DNA from: Vicugna vicugna
Taxonomy: Eukaryota
Assembly: GCA_013265495.1 (NCBI GenBank)
Contig: MU058844.1
Coordinates: forward strand, 2,335,520 to 2,399,519
DNA: 64,000 nucleotides
Direction: 5' to 3'
Part shown: positions 24,560 to 35,200 of the stretch, one piece after another
Position numbering within the stretch: position 1 is the stretch's first letter
Layout of the letters: every line of letters begins with the position of its first letter
The notes under the pieces: generated by a model
The model's database searches: none
What the model saw: only the letters and a program-made list of their open reading frames with translations
Told to the model about the DNA's origin: nothing
Position numbers and translations under genes: made by a program

Positions 24560-25260
24560 CCAAACAGCTACCCTTTATTGTTTGGACCAAAGCAATAGCC
24601 TCCTGACTCATCAGGCTGATTCCAGTCCTGTTTCTTTTAATCCAGCCTTTCCAAGTGCCCAGATTGATTTTTTTTGAAAATCTAAATCCAATTATATCAC
24701 TCCTTTGCTTAAAAATTTCTCCTTTTTGCTCATCACACAGAATGCAGTCCAAATTCCTCACTACACCCCACAAGCTCGCACATAATCCAGCCCCTGCCAC
24801 CCTCTCTTTCAGTTCCATAAACACGTCAGGCTCCTTCCCGCCTTCGACTCTTGGCCCTTGCTGCTTCCTGAGTTTGGAATCTTCTCTCCAAAATCTTGCC
24901 TTGACTTGCTCCTTCACATACTTTCATTTCATGCTTCAGATCAAATATGCATATAAAGTATTGAGAGTAACACCTGGCACTTAGTGAGCATTGTGGATGT
25001 GCTTGCTTATCTCATATAAACTTCCCACCACATTAAAAACAAATGAGATATTACTTGGTGTTACCTCCTCAACACTTCATAATATAGAACACATAGGCTT
25101 TTAAATTATCATTAGTATTATTTGTCTGCTGGTTTATTATTTATCTCCCCTTACTAGTTCCTAAACTGCACACGTCAACAACTTTGTTAGTTTTGCTTTC
25201 ATTTGAATTTCTAGGACCTACAGTAGTGTTCGGCACATTGTGGTCACTTAATAAAAATAT
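24560..25260 (+). mobile_element. L2 LINE 3' region
   Basis: GCAATAGCCTCCTGACT..TATCACTCCTTTGCTTAAAA..GTCCAAATTCCTCAC..AGTGTTCGGCACATTGTGGTCACTTAATAAA. Confidence 0.78.
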
Positions 25261-26461
25261 GCCACATCAACTTTTTAAATAAGAGATTAATAAAAGTTTA
25301 ATTATTTCAGTTTGTTTTAAAATGAGGAATCTTCTTTAGACAAAGAGCATGTGTATGTTACTTGTTTTGGCTCTAAAACTGTGTTTGTGCTAGGAGTAAG
25401 AACGGAAGGTAGAGATTTATTTTAGACTATAGATGATGCAATGATCCCTGTGAAGATCACCCCTGACTCATAATGCTCCTTCATAAAGCCCCTGCCCTCC
25501 ACCCCCAGTCTAATACTAGAACTGTATGTCTCTAGAGCTGAAGGTTTTGGAAGGGTTTAGATTTTAATTATCTCCCCCCACCCCAGCTTTATTGCAGTAT
25601 GATAGACAAACTAAAATTGTATACAATTAAGGTGTACAACCCAGTTTTTTGAGATGACTCACATGTTGAGTCTCCTGTCATTGAACAAGGCCTGCTGTAT
25701 TTCTGGCAGAAGTCACATTCAAGTAAATATTGTCACAGAAAGTCTAGGAAGCAGGCTTGTTGAGACAGGACAGATTTTCTTTCACTGGCTCTGGGCAGTG
25801 TGGAACTGCTGACTTCAGATAACACTCTTGCTGACAGGCCTGAAGAACCACACTGTACCACACGAAAACAGTGTCACAGCCTCACTATCCAACACTTCTG
25901 CAATGGCATTCTAACCTTTATGATCGGTTACTGGATTCTGTGTTGACCATGTTTAGACAGGGTGTCTACACTTGTAGGTTACAGAGAAAGGGGCTCAGTA
26001 AAGTGACAAAGAAACAAGGACAACAGGAGTCAAAAGGACGAGACGGGGATCTAGCTCTGCCACTTACCAGCTGTGTGGCTTTGGAAAAGTTACTGCAACT
26101 CAACTGTATCAATGGGTAATAGGCATTTTCTTTTACAGTATCCCAAAGGTTTTTTCCCTTTAGTCTTGCACATAACATGGTAGCAGAGCCTTCAGGAAGT
26201 CAGTCTAAAATATAATTGTGTGTTGTAATAAATAGCAATTTTGTAATACTGTTTTCCTTTGCTTCTGAACGCTCATCTTGAGGGCTCTGCTTGCTTTTTA
26301 ATTATATATGTCTGTTAAAGTGAGGGAAGTGTGTTTTACTTTTGAAAATAAAGATCCTCAGGTTTTTTTTTTCCAAAGCTATTCAGCAGTTTAAAAACCT
26401 ATTTAAATATTCACCAAGCAAGATAAGAAGAATCAAATGTTCATGGTACTTTATGAAGGTA

Positions 26462-27282
26462 CAGTAGTCCCCCCTTATCTGTAGTTTCATTTTCCACAGT
26501 TTCAGTTACCAGCAGTCAACCATGGTCCAAAAATATTACATGGAAAATTCCAGAAATAAACAATTTGTGAGTTTAAAATTGCACACTGTTCTCAGTAGAG
26601 TGATAACATATGCTGTCTGTTTCCATCTTGCCCGGAATGTGAACCATCCCTTTGTCCAGCATATCCTACCTGTTAGTCACTTAGTAGGTATCTCAGTTAT
26701 CAGATCTCCTGTGGTGGTACTGCTGCCCTTGGGTTCACGTAACACTTATTTTACTCAATGATTGCTCTAAATCGCAGGAGGAGTGAGGCTAACAATTAGA
26801 ATATGCCGAAGAGAGGCTGTAAACTGCTTCCTTTAAATGAAAAGATGAAAGTTCTGGAATTAATAAGAACAGAAAACAAGCATATTCTGAGGTCCCTAAG
26901 ATCTACATTAAGAGCAAATTCTCTATACATGGAATTGTGAAGAAGGAAGAAGAAATTCATGCTACTTCTGCCATTGCACCTCAAACTGCAAAGTTATGAC
27001 TGCAGTGTGTGGTAAGTGCTCAGTTAAGGTGGAAAAGGCATTAAATTTGTACAATAAGATATTTTTAGAGAGAGACCACATTCACATAACTTTTTCACAG
27101 TGTATTGTTGTCATTGTTCTATTTTCTTATTGTTACTAATCTCTCACTGCGCTTAATTCATAAATTAAACTTCATCATTGTTATGTATATATAGGAAAAA
27201 CACACATATACATATTTATTCATGGCTTCAGGCATTCCTTGGGCGTCTTGGAACATATCCCCCAGATAAGGGGGTACTACTG
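26462..27282 (+). mobile_element. MER44/Tigger7-derived Tc1-mariner non-autonomous transposon, complete
   Basis: TIRs CAGTAGTCCCCCCTTATCTG / CAGATAAGGGGGTACTACTG with TA duplications at 26460-61 and 27283-84. Internal frameshifted transposase N-terminus from 26803 (MPKRGCKLLPLNEKMKVLELIR). Confidence 0.92.
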
Positions 27283-28889
27283 TACTTTTGAATCAAGCTC
27301 ACAGAATCACAGCTGATTCATAGCCAATCTTGCATTGTTTAGATTTTAGACTCTAAAATGCTGAAAACATTGACAGCATGGGCAAGTATTACCATTTCTA
27401 GTGGAAAATTTGGGTTATTTTTCTATAAAACACATAATATGAACACCTTGGTTTACTGCTACCTTAAAATGAAATCCTCATGTGTAATAATTTCATAAGA
27501 CTTAAAAGAGCTGAAGTTATACAGTTCATTTTCTTAAACTACTATAGTTATGACGTGAAATCTATGGTGAAACTTGACTATGATTTGATTTAAAGTATCA
27601 ATGATTTTGCCAGTCCCAGATTAAGGTAATTTTTTAAAGACAGAAATTCAATTATTTGTAGATTATTTTTGTTACATTTTAAAAGATAAGATGTTTGGTA
27701 GTTGATATTAATACTTCTTTTTATTGTACTCTAGAAATAGAAATACAAGTGTTCCTTCAAATAACACATTTTACACCCACTGAGAGTAAGGTTATATGTT
27801 GTATTTAAGTAAAATTTACAAGCGATTAATAACACTGTTCTTAAAAATGAAAGTAATAATTATGATTGTTAGATGTTATATTCAAGTCCTTTTGATAGAG
27901 GGAACAATAAAATGTCAATTGCAACATTTTGATACATACTCTTTTAATATTGAAGTAAAGGGAACAAAAATACAAATGTCAAGAGTACTCCAAATTTTCA
28001 GATAAGGTTTAAAAGTGACCAAATCTGCTTGTAAAAAGCCCTTAGTAATATTTGTCTTGTACAATGATATGCCTAAGGGGACAGGGCACTGTGACATACA
28101 AAAGTTATTCTAGGAATATTTGCATTCAGAGTTTTACTCGTTTTGTTCATTCATTATGCTATACTGAATGCTATATTCCTCGTGCAGGAGAGGTTAAGGG
28201 GATAGAGTTACAAAAGGTTTGAATTAACAGTAACCTAGGGGCTAAAGTTGGGACAAAAAGTTACTTGGGACATTAGGAAGAATCATTGCCATAAATGAAT
28301 TATCTCTGATCTGTGTATCAAGTTCAGTTTCTGTGATGAAACAAACGGTTTTTCCACCTTGCCACGTTCTTCTTCCTTCTTATTTCCTTTCAGCTCCAAG
28401 AATGTATTTGATTTGTGAAAAATCTAGTGGCAAAGACATTTATACAAAATTGTCTGTAGTATCTTAGTTGCTAAAAGGTCTGATAGGAACCGTTTCATAC
28501 AGAAAGAAACAATCTTCAAGTAATGTTGTTTTTGCTCCCCTCTCCAACGTCTTTGGACTGTGTAAAATATTCAAAAAAAGCAAAAAAAAAAAAAACCCAC
28601 CAAAAAAAACCCCAAAAAAACTATACATGGTAAATACCACAATATACTTTATATTTCATTTCAACTTAAATCTGTAGTCTGATATGTGGATTTTCTTCTA
28701 TCCCATGTTACCTCTTAGACATAAAATATTGTCATATACAGATTAGGAACAGAGAATATTGGGCTCTTGTCCTAGAACTATTATTTGTACATACACATAC
28801 ACAGCTAAGTAGAAATTTTAAATAGATAATGTAGTCTCTTCTGGGGCTCAAGTAATTTAAAAAAATCAATTTATTAAAAAAAAAAACTG

Positions 28890-29870
28890 ACAGCAGCATG
28901 TAAAACAATGAAGCTAGAACACTCCCTTACACCATATACAAAAATCAACTCAAAATGGATTAAAGACTTAAACATAAGACAAGATACAATAAAATAAATA
29001 GAGGAAAACATAGGCAAAACATTATCTGACATACATTTCAAAAATTTTCTCCTAGAAGAAATAAAAGCAAGAATAAACAAATGGGACCTAATGAAACTTA
29101 CAAGCTTCTGCACAGCAAAGGAAACCAGAAGTAAAACAAGAAGAAAACCTACGGAATGGGAGAAAATTTTTGCAAGTGAAACCGACAAAGGCTTGATCTC
29201 CAGAATATATAAGCAGCTCATACGACTCAATAAGAAAAAAATAAACAACCCAATCCAAAAATGGGCAGAAGACCTAAACAAGCAATTCTCCAAGGAAGAC
29301 ATACAAATGATCAAAAAGCACATGAAAAAATGTTCAATATCACTAATTATCAGAGAAATGCAAATCAAAACTACAATGAGGTATCACCTCACACCAGTCA
29401 GAATGGCCGTCATTCAAAAATCCAAAAATGACAAATGCTGGAGAGGCTGTGGAGAAAGGGGAACCCTCCTACACTGCTGGTGGGAATGCAGTTTGGTGCA
29501 GCCACTATGGAAAACAGTGTGGAGATTCCTCAAAAGACTAGGAATAGACTTACCATATGACCCAGGAATCCCACTCCTGGGCTTGTATCCAGAAGGAAAT
29601 CTACTTCAGGATGACACCTGCACCCCAATGTTCATAGCAGCACTATTTACAATAGCCAAAACATGGAAACAGCCTAAATGTCCATCAACAGGTGACTGGA
29701 TAAAGAAGATGTGGTATATTTACACAATGGAATACTACTCAGCCATAAAAACCGACAACATAATGCCATTTGCAGCAACATGGATGCTCCTAGAGAATGT
29801 CATTCTAAGTGAAGTAAGCCAGAAAGAGAAAGAAAAATACCATATGAGATCGCTCATATGTGGAATCTAA
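28890..29870 (+). pseudogene. LINE-1 ORF2p C-terminal fragment (CCHC zinc knuckle and C-terminal domain; EN and RT absent)
   Basis: Frame reads [28 protein letters not shown]..., has one TAA at 28995-28997, then stays open through [18 protein letters not shown] (CX3CX7HX4C) to SLICGI*. Confidence 0.95.
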
Positions 29871-30134
29871 AGACTCATGGACAGAGAATACAGACTTGTG
29901 GTTACCAGGGGGGTAGAGGGTGGGAAGGGATAGACTGGGATTTCAAAATTGTAGAATAGATAAACAAGATTACACTGTATAGCACAGGGAAATATACACA
30001 AAATGTTATGATAAATCACAGAGAAAAAAATGTGACAATGAGTGTGTATATGTCCATGAATGACTGAAAAATTGTGCTGAACACTGGAATTTGACACAAC
30101 ATTGTAAAATGATTATAAATCAATAAAAAATGTT
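28891..30134 (+). mobile_element. Young 5'-truncated LINE-1 (about 1.25 kb)
   Basis: ORF2 3' part plus a 3'UTR nearly identical to 2126-2652. TSD (A)nCTGA at about 28876-28890 and 30135-30147, at a TT/AAAA endonuclease site. Confidence 0.97.
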
Positions 30135-30559
30135 AAAAAAAAACTGAGTGCCTATCCTTTACAAGATCCTGTAATTTAGTTAATGAAATATGATGACCTT
30201 AAAAGGAAAGCATTTTTCCCCCACAAAGGATGAATCTATCCAAGAAGACTGGACATGAATACAGTAATTTAAAATAATACGATAGTTGAAACATACAAAG
30301 CACATAATATGTAATTGAATTGATAATTACTCTGAGCCCAATAAACAGTCCCAGATTCCTGAGTATTTCCATTAGGTCTGAATGTTCAACCCTATTTAGA
30401 GATGAAAACTAAGTGCCTCAGTCACACTCCCACTTACAGTAGTCAAAACAAGAGATCCTCTCCTTAGCTCAGCTTACTCCATCCTCAATGTATCTCTTCT
30501 GGTCTGAACTCAATCTCTCAGAAAGAAAAGCGAAAGTCTTTCTCTTAAAATCCCAAACC

Positions 30560-31236
30560 CTTACCACTTTGTCCTTTTGAACTCTAAATCCATAATCAGT
30601 AAGCTTTGTTAAATTCTTAGTCTCTTCTCTGATTGTTTCTTTCACATCTGTGTTTTTATTGAAACTGAGCTGTCCCCTGAGGAAACTGCTTCTCTTCAAA
30701 TGGAATCAGAGCTGTTTTTCTTTTCCTCTCGCCTATCATGTTGCTCAGAGCCAAGAGGGGAAGGGGACAATCTCCTTGCTCTATGTTGACAGTTTCCAAA
30801 CATAACAACCTCTTCCTTCTGCCGACTCCTTGCTCATCTGAAGCATGTGCTCAGGTTACACCACCCACTCCTGTACCCTCTTTGCTCTACCCACCAATCT
30901 CTTGTCCAGCCCTCCATTCATTCAGTGTTAGCTCTGCTTTCAAGTGTCTTCAGAACAATTACTTTCTGTTCTTACCAAAATCTCTAATCGACTACTTTCT
31001 TATTATTCACCAGTTCTCACCCGTCTTCACTTTCTGCATTGTCTGGTAGACATATTATAATCCATGGTAATATGATAATAACAATAGTTAATATTTACTG
31101 AATAATTTCTGAGTGCCAGTTTTACGATTCAAAGTGTTCTACATGTTTTGCATTTAATTCACCACAACCTGATGGGACAAAGTCTACTATTATTCCCAAG
31201 GAAACCCAAGTTCAATCATTTAAATCTTCTACTACT

Positions 31237-31275
<39 letters not shown>

Positions 31276-31700
31276 CACTACCACCACCACCACTACTACT
31301 ACTACTACTCTAATTCCTCAATTCCCTTTCCTGCTTCCTTCTTGCCATTGTTCTAACCTGCACAGCCCTGACACTGGAGGAAACCCAGCCATGTCTTCTC
31401 CCTGTGGCACCCAGACAGGTGAACATTGCTCGAGTAAACAACACAACTATTCAGACTGATTTTACTTTCCATTAATTCATGTTCTCTAGTGGGCACTCAG
31501 GACTGCTGTCCAGCTTATTATGTTTTTCTTCAGGGTTAACTTCCCCCCTTCAAGACAACTATTTCATCTCTCTCACTCGCCTCCCCAAACTTCTCTCTCT
31601 TTCTGTTGACTTCACTTCAAACATCATTTAGAATAGGCCATCCAGAAAGGAAACTTCCTTATTTTCATACACAGAAATCTGTGAACATATGTGCCTTGAA
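30560..31700 (+). mobile_element. L2 LINE internal ORF2 (endonuclease-region) fossil, interrupted by a MIR and a microsatellite
   Basis: GTTTTTATTGAAACTGAGCTGTCCCCTGAGGAAACTGCTTCT translates VFIETELSPEETAS, like the L2 endonuclease motif LTETWLSPEDTAS, followed by C/T-rich L2-like sequence. Confidence 0.55.
31229..31309. repeat. Compound (ACT)n/(ACC)n microsatellite
   Basis: Directly visible; it explains the poly-Thr in ORF 31148-31459. Confidence 0.97.
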
Positions 31701-32034
31701 GCTTTTTGACTTCCCTCCACTGTATTTCTAAAAAAGTATGTGGAGAAATTCCAGCAAAATTCTTCCCAGAATTCCCTTTAATCCCGCTAGTCAGGAATGG
31801 GTTTCATGGCCACCTTAGCTTCAAGGGAGTCTGGAAAATTAGGTAACAACATTTCTCTATTCATTTAGATAAATCATAATTTATAACTTTCTTTATTTTT
31901 GCTTATATAAGAGTTAAACTCTTAATTAAAGACAAATGAAATCATTTTACTAACCAGGGGCTATTAGTGAAGTTTTGATATTTTAATATTAACAGAGAAA
32001 AATTATAAAATTCCACATGGCTTAATATTATGCA

Positions 32035-32250
32035 TGGGGTTGTAAAAGTTACACCGATTTGGTATCAGAAGACCTGGGTTTGGTCTTCATTCTAATTGTG
32101 ACTATGTGATCTTGAGTACGTCAGTAAACTTCTGACTTTCTCATTTGTTAAATGAGGCTGACAGTACCTATCTTGGACTCTTCTCAGAAATGTTGCAAGA
32201 ATAAAAATGAGATAATGTATGTAGAAGTCACTTTCAAACATTGAAGTGTC
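32035..32250 (+). mobile_element. MIR SINE
   Basis: TCAGAAGACCTGGGTTT..ACTATGTGATCTTGAG..TTCTCATTTGTTAAATGAGG..AAATGAGATAATGTATGT. Confidence 0.78.
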
Positions 32251-35200
32251 ATATGGATTGGCTTGTATTACATGAATCTTAACTTTCATTGTATTGATGA
32301 GAAATACAAGCATTGTAAATAAGCCAAAACAAGTGTCTTTGTAGCATACTCATTTCCTGAGCCCCATCCCTGATATGGCTCTTGAGCCTGAATTTTCTCT
32401 GAAATAAGAAGCTATATTTTAATTTGTTCTTTGAAAACGCTGAGTGTCACTGCTACTGCCTGTCTGTGTCTTTGCCTTCCTCTACACAGTTCAAGTGGAA
32501 AGAAAATTAGAAAAAGAGTACAGGCAGGGACTTTAAGCATTCCATTTATTTCTCTTTTTTTATGGGAAGAAAGGGTCTTAAATTTTCAAAAATGACCAAT
32601 TCTGAGATTACAGAGTAAAAGGAGAGCTCCAAGATTATTCTTGATACAAGCAAAAAGCCAGAGAAGGAAAGACACAGAATTGAAAAGAAAAATAATGCAG
32701 GCTGTATCCTGTGTCTGCCATGATGAATGGAGGTGATGTTTGGGAGCCATGGCTTAGTAGGAGTCACTTTATGAGGTCACATGGGCAAGAAGTCCAGATC
32801 TTTCACACAACCACATCCCTAACTTCTTTTGATACTTTTGAGCAAACAACTCTCTGCTTGAGCAGATGCCTACTTATACTGTATTGTCCGTGCATGTGCA
32901 GAACATTTTTCTATTACAAAAGAGTTGCTAGACTATTTTAAAAAGGTCACTTTCTTGGGGGTTGAGAGGTGGAGATGGAAGGGCTCTCAGTCATCACTGG
33001 AAACCTAGACAAGTAGGCAGAGAAAGTAGGTCGAGAACGGATGGCTTGTTGTTTACAGGGTTCAGAGCATTCAATGGGAACTTAGCGGGAGGTCTAATAG
33101 GAGACTCTGAAACACATCCTGTCTGCTACAAGATGTTGGAAACTGCTGATTGAAAGCAAATGGGTTCCAGGGGTGATGGTTCCTGCCACTTGATCACAAG
33201 TGAGACTAGATCCAGATGCTGAAGAAAAGAGGTAAATAAACAATATTTCATCTAAAGAAAGAATCAGTCTTATCTTAGCTAATGACTATGCTTCAGACAA
33301 ATTCTACAGATCTAAGACACACAGACAAAAATGAGTTCCAGGGCCCAGTCTCTTAACTCTCCAAGACAAGCATGAGAAGTTATTGATGTATCAGTACTAG
33401 AAGGTTATATTTCTACTTTAGAGACAGATGGCTATCGTACAGGTAAATCTCTCTCCCACTGATGACACTCTAACCTATTTACAGTTTTTTGTCAAGCCAC
33501 AGATACCAGTTGGTATCCTGACCACTAAGACATATTTGCTCATATCCACATCAAGTATTTTATGTCACTCATTGAAATGACTCCCCCCCTTTACTATCCC
33601 ATTCTTCCTACGCATGAGAATGGGTCCCATGACTGAGTCATACTGGTGAACACTGTATACTGGAGAACCCATTTGCCTTTTTTGCATGTTGCCAGTATCT
33701 AAGCATTACCAATCATGATCTTAAAAAGTTCTATGAAGACAGGGATGAGGCCTGTTTTGTTTGCCATATTATTCCCACTTGCAACATATTAGATGTTCAA
33801 TAAATGACTGAATGAATGAATGAATCAGGCTGACAACAGACACAGTACATTTCTGAATACCTTCTCAACAGACATACTGATAATAAGTGGTGGATTCAAT
33901 AGCATTTGTACGTTACCTACATCAGAAACATTCTTGGTTAAGTAGGCTTGAATGGCCTCAACCTGATAACATAACTGATTAGTAAAGCATTGTTTCTGTG
34001 AAGAATGTATTCTTAACAATTGGTCTGCAAACGAACTTTTGGAACACAAATTATCTGTCCACTGGGGATACCTGTCCTTGAATTTATTTATTGAGTAATT
34101 TTTTCCCAATCTCAAATTTTTTGCCTCATAGGATGTGTCTTAACATGCTACTTTGAGCTTTTTTTCTTTTCTTTTGTTCCTTTTTCCCTTAAAAAATGAA
34201 TTCTCTGAAGGTCTTGGCCACATGTCAATGCTGTATTCACAAGGATTAAGGATCAGCAGGGCTGCTGTGCAGCGATTCAGAAATTGAGTACATCCTGTGG
34301 ATTGGCAGCACATAGCCTGCTATTGTGCGGGAGGCACCGGTGTTCCAGTAAAGGCATGTTAAATTTAGCAGCTGTCTTGTATTTGTCACTGGGGATGGGG
34401 TGGAGGCGGTTGGCTGTAATCTAGATCCATTTGGGAGTTTTACTTGAAAGTTTACTTTAAAAGATTCATCTAAAGGGGAACTTGTTTCATATAGTCTTAT
34501 TTTCTGTAAATTGTAACAGCTTTGTGATGTTGCATGTACAGCACACCTGGATTCTTTATGGTTAACATCACCTTTGTTGTAAGGATTCTTTTTAATTCCA
34601 AACTCACAGGCCACTCAAAAGAAAATCTATGGAGGCCATCATTCTGGTTATTTTTATTCATAATCTAAGTCTGTTTGTAAAACAGAAATAAATCATTTTG
34701 GAAGAAAGTGGAAGAGGTCAACAAAGGAATTAACAGTGAATCATTTGTTTTGATGACATGCAGGGGGTGGTTCTTTTTCTAATAAACCTCCATGCAGGTG
34801 GGTAGTGACAGCTAAACTCATTTATTTTATATTCCCTCCTTATCTCATCTACAGTCTAATTACGCTAAGTACGATAGAATCAAAGACATTTCACAATGGA
34901 AGGAGTCTTGGAAATCATTTATCTAGATCAAGCCCTTATTTTACAACAAAGAAAAACTGAGGTGCAAAGGAAGGATGAAATAATTAGAACAAAATAGTGA
35001 TGGTAAAAATGGGAACAGGACTTAATAAAACAATGATGGTGTAAATGAGAATTTGACTTCCAGTCTAGGGCTTATTTTACTGCTTTTCAATAATTTCTCA
35101 TCACAGACTGTAATATAAAGCCCCTTCTTTACACTCAGGTCTGAGAGTATAATCTCTATATTCTTGAAACCTGCAGATAGATGCACAGGGAGTATTTCAA

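Noticed and set aside
28874..29368. 164-aa minus-strand ORF (also 2312-2608 and 29867-30097)
   Set aside because: These are antisense readings of the young L1 copies; such hydrophobic ORFs are a standard L1 artefact.
29091..29870. 259-aa ORF as a functional or domesticated gene
   Set aside because: It is a 5'-truncated L1 ORF2 with an upstream in-frame stop and no promoter, EN or RT; the open frame reflects young age.
31148..31459. Poly-threonine (mucin-like) ORF
   Set aside because: Produced by the (ACT)n/(ACC)n microsatellite inside MIR/L2 debris.
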